Position numbers and translations under genes: made by a program | Shown: piece after piece, positions 36,765 to 44,723 of the stretch | Numbering within the stretch: the first letter of the stretch is position 1 | How the letters are laid out: every line of letters starts with the position of its first letter | The notes under the pieces: model-generated | Seen by the model: the letters and a program-made list of their open reading frames with translations, nothing else | What the model was told of the DNA's origin: nothing | Databases searched by the model: none | NCBI GenBank assembly: GCA_900542595.1 | Contig: UQOB01000001.1 | Location: forward strand, 1-59,255 | Direction: 5' to 3' | Origin: an uncultured Mollicutes bacterium | GTDB lineage: Bacteria > Bacillota_I > Bacilli_A > RFN20 > CAG-826 | DNA: 59,255 bases

Positions 36765-38527
36765 TTTATTTTCTCCTCCACCGCGTTTTTAAACGCTTCA
36801 TATACCTCTTGGTTAATCTTCTTTAAATCATCTAAGGGGACTTTCGCAAATGCCCGGTCCATCGTTAAAAGCCCATTCATCTCGCTTTCGACATCGGTGA
36901 ATTGGGTAAAGACTAATTCACTTAAGAATTCTTTTTTAATCAACGGAATAATCTGTTCTTCATAGAGCTTATAAATCTTTTTGATTAAGGTCTTTCGTTT
37001 GAAGAACCGCTTATAGCCGAAGACATGTTTCGCTGATTTATGGTCTTTCACCGCGAAAGAATAACCGCCGAATTCACTTAAAGCTAAAATCCGCTTGTGA
37101 TCACTATTTAATTTTACTTTTCTAAAATAGATATGGTGGCTCGAGAAGTCCCCAACCCCTTGATCAAACCAACCGGAGTTGCTATCGATTAACCGACTAT
37201 CATCCAAAGAACGGAGTTTTTCGGTTAGCCTCATCGTTTCAAATTGCCCCCAGCCTTCATTGAAAAGGGTCCAGATACTGATGCAGGTGATCCCTTTTAA
37301 AAGGTAAACCGTTTCTTCCATTTCTTTTTCAAAATGCTCACGTGACAAAGTGGAATTCCTTCCTAACTTTGTTTTAAAACGATCATCAATTTTAAAAGAT
37401 AAGAACGGAGCTAAAGTCATGTAGAAAGCGGAATATTTATCCCCCGAATTGATAAAGTCTTGATTGACGACGATTCCAAAATAATCGCAGAAATAATAGA
37501 ACCAGGGATTTTCAATCTTGATGTGCTTTCTAATTAAATTAAAACCACCATCTTTGATGAACTTCACATCATCATAGATTGTCTTGATATCTGGCGGGGT
37601 TAAGCCACTTTCAAAGAAGTAGCCTTGGTCGAGAACACCGCTTAACATTATCGGCTTTTCATTAAGGTAAATTAACGAAAAACCACCGACAAATCTTCGT
37701 TCAATTTTTCGAAATCCGAAATGCGTGGTCACTTTATCCGTCCCGGAAGTTAACACTAATTTATATAAAGCGGGGTTATCTGGTGACCAGGGGAAGAAGA
37801 CATCTTTTAAATCTAAGAACATCTTATGAGGGACGTCCCCTTGGCAAGAAAGGATTAAGGTATCCGCGAAATAGATTTCCGCTTTAAGGGGTGCGGGATT
37901 CCCGCCCTTAGCGATAACGTTAATCTCTAACGATTTATCGTCATAGGAAGGTCTAAGGAAGAAGTGTTCAATATAGGAGTCTTTAGGAACGGGTTCCAGA
38001 TAAACCGAACCAAAGATACCGCTGGTTTCGGTGTAAAAGATACCGCTCGGGTGACGGCTTTGTTTTCCCCTTGCAAAGCGGTTATCTTCCACGTCATCTT
38101 TGACAATTACATCGATGACGTTCTCTCTTTGGAAGGGTGTAATTTCAAAGCTGAAAGGGAAATAGCCCCCTTCATGGTGCTCAACAAAGACATTGTTCCA
38201 ATAAACATCGCAGACTTGGTCAACATTTAAGAACTTTAAAAGTAAGAGAGAATCCATGTACTCAGTCGGTAGAAGAATTCTTTTCCGGTAATGAAGATGT
38301 TTCTTCTTTTTATTCTTCTTCCCAATTTCGCTCATCAGGGTTTCCGGGGCGAAAGGCACGACAATTTTCTTCGTTAATTCTTCTTTTAATTCACCATCGG
38401 TAAAATCGAAATCCCAATAACCATCCAATTTTAAAAAGCGTTCACGGATGACATAAGGATTAGGTGGAAGATAAGCTTCATTCAAATCCACCATATCGAC
38501 ATATTTCTCAAAGAGACTAGTTGCCAT
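36761..38527 (-). CDS. Glycoside hydrolase family 2-like protein
   Basis: The acid/base context WTLFNEGWGQ and nucleophile context LALSEFGGY sit in a TIM-barrel-length C-terminal half. The N-terminal half resembles a sugar-binding and Ig-like region. Confidence 0.65.
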   Translation of the reverse strand: MATSLFEKYVDMVDLNEAYLPPNPYVIRERFLKLDGYWDFDFTDGELKEELTKKIVVPFAPETLMSEIGKKNKKKKHLHYRKRILLPTEYMDSLLLLKFLNVDQVCDVYWNNVFVEHHEGGYFPFSFEITPFQRENVIDVIVKDDVEDNRFARGKQSRHPSGIFYTETSGIFGSVYLEPVPKDSYIEHFFLRPSYDDKSLEINVIAKGGNPAPLKAEIYFADTLILSCQGDVPHKMFLDLKDVFFPWSPDNPALYKLVLTSGTDKVTTHFGFRKIERRFVGGFSLIYLNEKPIMLSGVLDQGYFFESGLTPPDIKTIYDDVKFIKDGGFNLIRKHIKIENPWFYYFCDYFGIVVNQDFINSGDKYSAFYMTLAPFLSFKIDDRFKTKLGRNSTLSREHFEKEMEETVYLLKGITCISIWTLFNEGWGQFETMRLTEKLRSLDDSRLIDSNSGWFDQGVGDFSSHHIYFRKVKLNSDHKRILALSEFGGYSFAVKDHKSAKHVFGYKRFFKRKTLIKKIYKLYEEQIIPLIKKEFLSELVFTQFTDVESEMNGLLTMDRAFAKVPLDDLKKINQEVYEAFKNAVEEKIK

Positions 38528-39332
38528 AAATCTTTATCTGATGTTTACGATACCACTTTTTCAAGGGATAAATTAACCCCGGGTCAAAATTATAGAGAGG
38601 GATTCCCTTCTTCACAAAATATTTCGCCCGCGCGTAGTAAGAGACTTGATTTAGTTTAATGGAAATGAGAATAAAAACAATCAATAAAACCCCAAGTCCC
38701 ACGACTGTCACAATTCTTAAAGGAAGAGTGACACTTTCAATCGGCATAATATAGCCGAGGATCGAACCGTTTAAGATATCGATGATGATCATGCTGTTTC
38801 TTCCAGTAGAATCAGGATAGATGACTTTTTCATAGACGAGTATCGAATAAATAATCATCAAAGCCACCCCGAGGAAAGTGATCCAGATATCTTTCATTTC
38901 ATATAAGCCTAGGTTAAAAAGAATGACTAATCCTAAGAAGAATAAAAGGTTATGTTGGATGATACCGACCACGATATACCAAGTGGTTAAAGTATTAATA
39001 GTCGTTTCTGGGGAAAAGATAGCGCCTACATAATAGCCGATAGCGCTCGCGAAAGCGCAAAATCCCCCGAAGAATCTCGCTTTTTTAACCCCGCTTATTA
39101 AAGTCGCGCTGACGACAAAATAAGAGACATGGCTAAATTCCACCGGGTACATCCCGTTTTGAATGACGCGGTAATAACTAAACTCGGTGGTTTTATAAAG
39201 AAGCATCACGATCGCGATGCTAAAAGCTAGCCAGAAAGATAACTTCTGATGATGTCTTAATAAGATAGCACTGATAAGCATCAAAATCGCTATCCCTAAA
39301 ACTGTAAATGTAAACCACGTCGTCGCTATCAT
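38517..39332 (-). CDS. Polytopic membrane protein of unknown function, first gene of the GH2/Cof/polyamine gene string
   Basis: About 7 TM helices. It overlaps the GH2 gene start by 11 nt. I recognise no confident family. Confidence 0.5.
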   Translation of the reverse strand: MIATTWFTFTVLGIAILMLISAILLRHHQKLSFWLAFSIAIVMLLYKTTEFSYYRVIQNGMYPVEFSHVSYFVVSATLISGVKKARFFGGFCAFASAIGYYVGAIFSPETTINTLTTWYIVVGIIQHNLLFFLGLVILFNLGLYEMKDIWITFLGVALMIIYSILVYEKVIYPDSTGRNSMIIIDILNGSILGYIMPIESVTLPLRIVTVVGLGVLLIVFILISIKLNQVSYYARAKYFVKKGIPLYNFDPGLIYPLKKWYRKHQIKIYGN

Positions 39333-39361
39333 TCAGGGATATTATACCTAATCTTTACAAA

Positions 39362-39390
39362 CGAAAAAAGAGAGGCCGAAGCCTCTCTCT
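39362..39390 (-). terminator. Rho-independent terminator after hsp20
   Basis: Read on the minus strand as GAGAGGC-ttcg-GCCTCTC followed by TTTTTT. Confidence 0.8.
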
Positions 39391-39407
39391 TTTAGGAAAG
39401 GAAAACG

Positions 39408-39839
39408 TTATTGAATAGCGATTTCGTGGGGACCTTCTTTTTCTTCCTGCAATTTCTTCGGAAGATTGAGGGTTAAAACACCATTGCTGAAGTTAGCGGT
39501 GACTTTCTTCTCATCGACATCGCCGACATAATAGGTTCTCTGAGCACTGCCTTGGAACCGTTCACGATGGAGGACTTTCTTGTTGTTTTCGTCTTCCTTA
39601 TCTTCGTGGTGAACCTTGATGGTTAAATAGCCATCTTTAAGATGAATCTTGATATTTTCTTTCTTAATGCCCGGAAGATCGACATCTAATTCATAGTGAT
39701 CATTCTTTTCGGAGATATCAGTTTTCATTTCGAGAGCTTTCATTTGCGGAACTTCTTCCGGTAAATAATCATCATCGAAGAGTCCAAGGAACGGATCGAG
39801 GAAGTATCTTTGACGATAGACGGGATAATTCTTTTTCAT
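39408..39839 (-). CDS. Small heat-shock protein (Hsp20/alpha-crystallin family)
   Basis: Alpha-crystallin domain (HYELDVDLPGIKKENIKIHLKDGYLTIKV ... NGVLTLNLPK). The ATG at 39839 follows GGAGG. The track start at 39875 lies inside a CIRCE element and is rejected. Confidence 0.85.
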   Translation of the reverse strand: MKKNYPVYRQRYFLDPFLGLFDDDYLPEEVPQMKALEMKTDISEKNDHYELDVDLPGIKKENIKIHLKDGYLTIKVHHEDKEDENNKKVLHRERFQGSAQRTYYVGDVDEKKVTANFSNGVLTLNLPKKLQEEKEGPHEIAIQ

Positions 39840-39855
39840 AATTTTGAACCTCCAT

Positions 39856-39882
39856 TTAGCACTCTCGTTTCCCAAGTGCTAA
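39856..39882 (-). promoter_or_regulatory. CIRCE operator (HrcA site), promoter-proximal copy
   Basis: On the minus strand it reads TTAGCACTT-N9-GAGTGCTAA. This matches 17 of 18 positions of TTAGCACTC-N9-GAGTGCTAA. Confidence 0.85.
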
Positions 39883-39886
39883 CTAT

Positions 39887-39914
39887 ATATTAATGATGCT
39901 TTTAGCAGTGTCAA
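39887..39914 (-). promoter_or_regulatory. Sigma-A type promoter of hsp20 (TTGACA-16-TAATAT)
   Basis: The -35 TTGACA (39909-39914) lies inside the distal CIRCE. The -10 TAATAT (39887-39892) lies 4 nt upstream of the proximal CIRCE. Confidence 0.65.
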
Positions 39915-39928
39915 GTGGTAAGTGCTAA
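39902..39928 (-). promoter_or_regulatory. CIRCE operator, distal copy
   Basis: On the minus strand it reads TTAGCACTT-N9-CACTGCTAA, matching 15 of 18 consensus positions. It overlaps the stop codon of the upstream 106-aa ORF. Confidence 0.7.
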
Positions 39929-40245
39929 ATTTTTGAACTTTTTTGAAAAAGCTTTAATAATTCGGCTTTATAGCTCTTACAGTCTGGTACTAAATAAAAA
40001 CCCCTATTATCATCATTTTTAAGGCTGTCATCGACATTTTGCTGGAGGTGAAAGAGAATGTTATCCACTGCTTCTTCGCTCGTCTTTTCTCCTCTTACAT
40101 ATAAGCTAATTTCGCGTTCAATCTTCTTCCCGAGCTCTTTACTCCCCACCTTAAAGTTCCCTTTATCGATATAAAGGAGCAGATCGTTTTCTAAGAGGTA
40201 ATTCAGCTTCTCCCCCACTTCATTTAATAAACTTTGGATGCTCAT
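39925..40245 (-). CDS. Hypothetical cytoplasmic protein (106 aa)
   Basis: The ORF has no overlap conflict, but I recognise no motif. Confidence 0.45.
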   Translation of the reverse strand: MSIQSLLNEVGEKLNYLLENDLLLYIDKGNFKVGSKELGKKIEREISLYVRGEKTSEEAVDNILFHLQQNVDDSLKNDDNRGFYLVPDCKSYKAELLKLFQKSSKI

Positions 40246-40261
40246 CTCTCTTTTATAGGGG

Positions 40262-40291
40262 GAAAAAGAAAAAAGAGCCCGAAGGCTCTTT
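40262..40291 (-). terminator. Rho-independent terminator after the 155-aa membrane protein gene
   Basis: Read on the minus strand as AAGAGCC-ttcg-GGCTCTT followed by TTTTTCTTTTT. Confidence 0.8.
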
Positions 40292-40312
40292 AAATTCTTT
40301 AAATAATTTCTC

Positions 40313-40780
40313 TTATTTCTTGAAAGCTAAGAAGCCGAAGACCCCGCTGATAAGGCCACCGACAATGTTGAGACAGGCCGCGAGAATCGCTCCATAGCTT
40401 AAGGAGTAGTTGGCTTGACCCGGTAAGAAATCACCGATCATTTGTCTTCCTAAGAAGAGGAGGATACCAGCAACAATAGCGAGCACCGCTCCAACCATGT
40501 AGAAGAAACCAGCGAACTTATGGCTGCCTTTGCCCCAGCTGAAGGCCAGAGAAAGAAGGATAACAACCGCGGCGATAATCGTTAAGATAAACGCGGTGAT
40601 CATCCCGCCATTAGCGGTCGCTTGTAACGCTTGATTTCCGAAGGTCCAATCGTAGACGGTCCAACCTTCCCCCGCCCAAGTCACGAGCGGTCCCATCATC
40701 GCTAAAAAGACACCGAGTACAAAGAGTAATGAGATGGATCCCGCGATACCGAGCACATGTGTAGATTTTTTCATATTCAT
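40313..40780 (-). CDS. Small four-TM membrane protein, unknown function
   Basis: Four hydrophobic helices, Gly-rich. AAGGTAGGA precedes the ATG. Confidence 0.55.
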   Translation of the reverse strand: MNMKKSTHVLGIAGSISLLFVLGVFLAMMGPLVTWAGEGWTVYDWTFGNQALQATANGGMITAFILTIIAAVVILLSLAFSWGKGSHKFAGFFYMVGAVLAIVAGILLFLGRQMIGDFLPGQANYSLSYGAILAACLNIVGGLISGVFGFLAFKK

Positions 40781-40833
40781 TCCTACCTTTTAAAGCCTTC
40801 TTATGCTACTACCCAGACCCTTGCTTTGCAAGG

Positions 40834-42435
40834 TTAATTAAAGGAGACGTTGAGGGTGATTCCGTCTTCCGTTTTGCTTACGACATCGAAGCCTAAATCG
40901 ATGTAGCCGCCATCATCTAATCTTCTATTTTCAAAGATATTCCCGTAGTTATTAAAGTTGAAATTTTGACCGGCTTGGAACATATCTTGCGGAGAATAAA
41001 TAGCCCGGCTTTCCGAATAATCGAAGGTGCCAGTCGCTCCGACCATTTCAAGTAAGCAATGGGAGCAAGTGTAAGTGCCGTTCATGTAATTAGCGTAACA
41101 GTTTTCCGGAGTATTACAGTGTTGAACAGCATTGAGGGTATATTGTCCGCTGCTGACTTGATCAATTTCTTCGTAAGTATAACCACGATTGGTGTAGTTC
41201 ACTTGCATTAAGCTAGCGTTAACGTGATACATGATTAAACCACCATCATGATAAACCTGCGGGGGAATGCTATAGCTCCAAAGCCCGTTTTGGTCATCGT
41301 AGGCGTTAAGCCCGTCCGTCGTGAAATATTCAACGATTAAATATTCGTCGAAAGCGGAGCCATTGAAACCCGAAGAAGAAGGAAGAATTAAAGCATCACC
41401 AGTTTCTACGAAGGGCCGCAAGGTGATGGTTCCTTCTTTCGCCATATAAGGTTCAATCCAACCTAAAGCGAATTTACTGAAAGCGTTATGATCGAAGACG
41501 TTATAGTCCATCATATCGAAGCCCCCTAGTGGCATCGTGGGATATTGAGAATAGGAATAATAGTCATCGAGCCCTAATAAGTGGCCGGTTTCATGGATGA
41601 AGGTTCTCGTTGAATAGCCTTCAAGGGTCGCTTCTTCATCTAAGAAGTCGAGGCCCGCCCAACCGAAAGCATTTAAGCCAGGGTTACTGACGTCCGCTTC
41701 CGCGTTCGGGTTCCACCAGCAGAACGCCCAGAACGTATTAGCATAATAATCGTTCGGGTTCCGTAAATTCGAATAGTTCGGAGCGGAATAAATAGCCCAC
41801 ACCGCATCGATATAACCGTCTTTATCTTGGTCGTACTGCGTTATATCAACATCATTATGGCTGACGTAATAATTGAGAGCTTCTTGGATGAGATAAGACG
41901 GTCCATACGCTGTTCCCTCTTTCGGGTTATCCATCATATAGAGATCCCGAGTGGAAAGGCTACTAGCGTACCACGGAGCGACGGTCCCCGATAAATGGAG
42001 TTTTCCGTAGCTACTTTGTTCATAGAAACTTCTCACCGAATAATAAGGGAATTCCCCGTCCCCGCCAAAGAAAGCCCGGTCGAGCCTCGCTTGTTGGGTC
42101 AGCTGTTCCGAAGAACTTAAGGTATAGTCAGTAAGCATGATTGGAAGGACTAAAAGATTGACGTCCCCGACCGAAGGTAAGTAACTTATCGGCGGTTGAA
42201 GCGCGCTCCCCCTATTGGAATAAGAGAGTTCATTATAAGTTAAAGTGGTTTCCACTCTTTCAAAGGCATCGGGATTCTTACTGCTATCTTCTGAAGATAT
42301 CGAACCAGGGATGGAAGTTTTAGACGGCGTAATGGTCGTCGTTGAACTTCCAAAAAGCGTAAAATCATCGCAGCTCGCCAGGGCAAAAGAAGCGAGCAGC
42401 GTTAAAAGAGCTGTTGCAAAATATCGTTTTTTCAT
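40834..42435 (-). CDS. Lipoprotein, M6-type (immune inhibitor A-like) zinc metalloprotease domain
   Basis: Lipobox LASC and HExxH in FIHETGHLLGLDDYY. The upstream LVLPIMLTDY and YYSVRSFYEQSSYGKL blocks are typical of the M6 domain. Confidence 0.7.
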   Translation of the reverse strand: MKKRYFATALLTLLASFALASCDDFTLFGSSTTTITPSKTSIPGSISSEDSSKNPDAFERVETTLTYNELSYSNRGSALQPPISYLPSVGDVNLLVLPIMLTDYTLSSSEQLTQQARLDRAFFGGDGEFPYYSVRSFYEQSSYGKLHLSGTVAPWYASSLSTRDLYMMDNPKEGTAYGPSYLIQEALNYYVSHNDVDITQYDQDKDGYIDAVWAIYSAPNYSNLRNPNDYYANTFWAFCWWNPNAEADVSNPGLNAFGWAGLDFLDEEATLEGYSTRTFIHETGHLLGLDDYYSYSQYPTMPLGGFDMMDYNVFDHNAFSKFALGWIEPYMAKEGTITLRPFVETGDALILPSSSGFNGSAFDEYLIVEYFTTDGLNAYDDQNGLWSYSIPPQVYHDGGLIMYHVNASLMQVNYTNRGYTYEEIDQVSSGQYTLNAVQHCNTPENCYANYMNGTYTCSHCLLEMVGATGTFDYSESRAIYSPQDMFQAGQNFNFNNYGNIFENRRLDDGGYIDLGFDVVSKTEDGITLNVSFN

Positions 42436-42436
42436 G

Positions 42437-43126
42437 TTATTTCTCGAGTTTTTCTTTAGATATTTCGATTTTTTCTTTCTCGGGCAAAGCGAAATCGCTG
42501 TTGATATTTAAATAGGTCGTCCAGCAACAGAGAAGGAAATAGAACAAGGTAAAGATAACCATTAACCAGAAGCCGGTATTCCCGAAATAAGAATAGGCTT
42601 CTAAGGGTGAATAGGTGAAGAAACTGCAGAAGAGTAAGAGAATGAGGACGATAACCATGCTCACCTTATAGGGGAGAATAGCATCGCCGTCGATACTCTT
42701 CTTAAGATAGAAGAAAGTCATCGCTGCCATAAAGATAGCAGCAAGAACATAAAGGGCGACATTAGCGACTAAGTTTTCGTGGCTCACATGGACCGCCATC
42801 GTTATCGCGTAAGCAGTAATCATTATCCCGCCTAAGGCGGTAACTAAGATTCTCGACCCCTTCTTATTGAGGATGATGTCGAAAAGGCCACCGATTAAAA
42901 GGAGGGTCGCTAAGCCCATGAAGATTGAGAGAATCAAAGTCATTTCAGTAGTGACAGTTGAATGGTCACTGAAGATGAAATAAAGCCAGAACAAGAAAGC
43001 GATGATGAGCATTAAGATGGTGAAGATCGAGGCAAAGGTTGGCCGCCAATGACGGGACTTAAGTTCTTTCTTCTTTTGCCGGTACTTAAAGCCGAGGTTC
43101 TTAAAGAATAAGGCGATTTTATGCAT
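42437..43126 (-). CDS. Six-TM membrane protein, unknown function, translationally coupled to oppF
   Basis: It overlaps the oppF stop by 8 nt and ends 1 nt before the protease start. The protein is hydrophobic throughout. Confidence 0.55.
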   Translation of the reverse strand: MHKIALFFKNLGFKYRQKKKELKSRHWRPTFASIFTILMLIIAFLFWLYFIFSDHSTVTTEMTLILSIFMGLATLLLIGGLFDIILNKKGSRILVTALGGIMITAYAITMAVHVSHENLVANVALYVLAAIFMAAMTFFYLKKSIDGDAILPYKVSMVIVLILLLFCSFFTYSPLEAYSYFGNTGFWLMVIFTLFYFLLCCWTTYLNINSDFALPEKEKIEISKEKLEK

Positions 43127-44723
43127 CTTTCTTTTCCTCCTTCGCTTTTAAATCGAGCTGTTCAATCTCTTTTTCATAACGGGCCATTTCTTCGTCATTA
43201 GCGAGGACGAAGTGCCCCGGTCTAATCTCTCTAAATGAGGGCTTATCGACGCTGTAATCATGAGCGGTCGCCGGGTTATAGACGCTTCTTTCACGGTTTT
43301 TCTCACTCCGAGGATCGGGCTTCGGAATCGCTGATAACAGGGCTTTGGTATAAGGATGTAAAGGATGAAGGAAGAGTTCGTCACTAGTAGCGAGTTCAAC
43401 CATATTCCCGAAATACATAACCGCGATCCGGTCGCAGAAATATTTAACGACCGATAAGTCGTGAGCGATGAAAATCATCGTGAGGCCCATCTCATCTTTA
43501 ACATCGTTTAAGAGGTTGAGGATTTGGGCTCTAATCGACACGTCGAGAGCGCTTATCGGTTCATCACAAATCAAGAGTTTCGGATTCATGATAAGAGCCC
43601 GCGCAATCCCGATTCTTTGCCGTTGACCACCGCTAAATTCGTGGGGGTAACGGGAAGCATATTCTTCGATTAAACCGACCTTTTGGAGCATTTCCACGCA
43701 CTTGATGTGGTTTTCTAAACGGTTCCGATGCTTTTGAATTCTAAGACCTTCTTGAATAATGTCTTCGACCGTCATCCGGGGGTCGAGCGAATCGACCGGG
43801 TCTTGGAAAATCATCTGGATTTCGTTCATTAAAGAACGATCTCTGTGCTTATTATCGTATTGGATCTTTTTGATCTTTTCTTTTTGGATTTTGACTCGCT
43901 TCTTAACGTCTTCTTTGATGTCGTTAATGATCTTGTCATAGTGAGCGTTAATCTTATTAACTTCCTTTTGGTAGTCGCTCTTTAAGCTCGCTTTTTCGTC
44001 TTCTAACTTTCGAATAGCTTCGATGTTCTTTTCGTCCATCTTGGCTTCGTAGTTCGTTTCCGCGTCACTATTAGGGAGGAAGTTTTCAGCGTTAATATCG
44101 CTAGAAACTAAATCCCGAATTTGTTTACTGACTTCTTTGGTCGGGTCTTTGATGGCTCTAATCGCTTCATCACGTTCTTTTAAAAGACCGAGAATCTTAT
44201 CCCGAGACTTAATCTTGCTCCACTTGATTTCTTTTTCGTTCCACCGGGTGCCACCGCTGATGCGGTAACCTTTGTAATAGATGGAACCAGAAGTCAAAGG
44301 ATAGAGGTTAATGATGCAGCGGCCAGTCGTCGTTTTACCGCAGCCACTTTCCCCGACAAGACCGAAACATTCCCCTTCTTTAACGTCAAAGGAGATATCG
44401 TGGACGGCTTTGGTTTTATAACCACCGCCCATATTGAAGAATTGTTTTAAGTGTCTAACGGAGAGTAAAACATGATTATCGACTAAGGATTTGTCATAGG
44501 TAATTTTCGAGAGCTTATGGGCTCTTTCAAATTCCATCAAGGCTTCCTGAGCGTCTTCATATTTCTTCTTTGAAAGCTTGACCTTTTCCACTTCTTCTTC
44601 GGTCGGAGTGGCCGATAAAGAGCGTTTTAAAAGGTTATATTCTTTCTTCAAAGAAAGGACATCCGTCTTCATTTGTTTACGGGTAGCGTTATATTCTTTT
44701 TCGTTAACGTTTTCTTTTTTCAT
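43119..44723 (-). CDS. oppF: Oligopeptide ABC transporter ATPase OppF, expanded (534 aa)
   Basis: Walker A GESGCGKTT, signature FSGGQRQR and Walker B LLICDEP. There is a roughly 85-aa N-terminal extension and a roughly 140-aa Lys/Glu-rich insert before the Q-loop. Confidence 0.85.
   Translation of the reverse strand: MKKENVNEKEYNATRKQMKTDVLSLKKEYNLLKRSLSATPTEEEVEKVKLSKKKYEDAQEALMEFERAHKLSKITYDKSLVDNHVLLSVRHLKQFFNMGGGYKTKAVHDISFDVKEGECFGLVGESGCGKTTTGRCIINLYPLTSGSIYYKGYRISGGTRWNEKEIKWSKIKSRDKILGLLKERDEAIRAIKDPTKEVSKQIRDLVSSDINAENFLPNSDAETNYEAKMDEKNIEAIRKLEDEKASLKSDYQKEVNKINAHYDKIINDIKEDVKKRVKIQKEKIKKIQYDNKHRDRSLMNEIQMIFQDPVDSLDPRMTVEDIIQEGLRIQKHRNRLENHIKCVEMLQKVGLIEEYASRYPHEFSGGQRQRIGIARALIMNPKLLICDEPISALDVSIRAQILNLLNDVKDEMGLTMIFIAHDLSVVKYFCDRIAVMYFGNMVELATSDELFLHPLHPYTKALLSAIPKPDPRSEKNRERSVYNPATAHDYSVDKPSFREIRPGHFVLANDEEMARYEKEIEQLDLKAKEEKKDA

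Noticed and set aside
39840-39875. Longer hsp20 ORF start (MGNESAKWRFKI...).
   Set aside because: It would begin inside the proximal CIRCE element. The ATG at 39839 has a GGAGG SD at correct spacing.
40819-40833. Hairpin CCTTGC-ttt-GCAAGG immediately after the M6 protease stop, as a terminator.
   Set aside because: It has a short 6-bp stem and no T-tract on the minus strand. The downstream 4-TM gene follows with its own SD, and the clear terminator is at 40262-40291.
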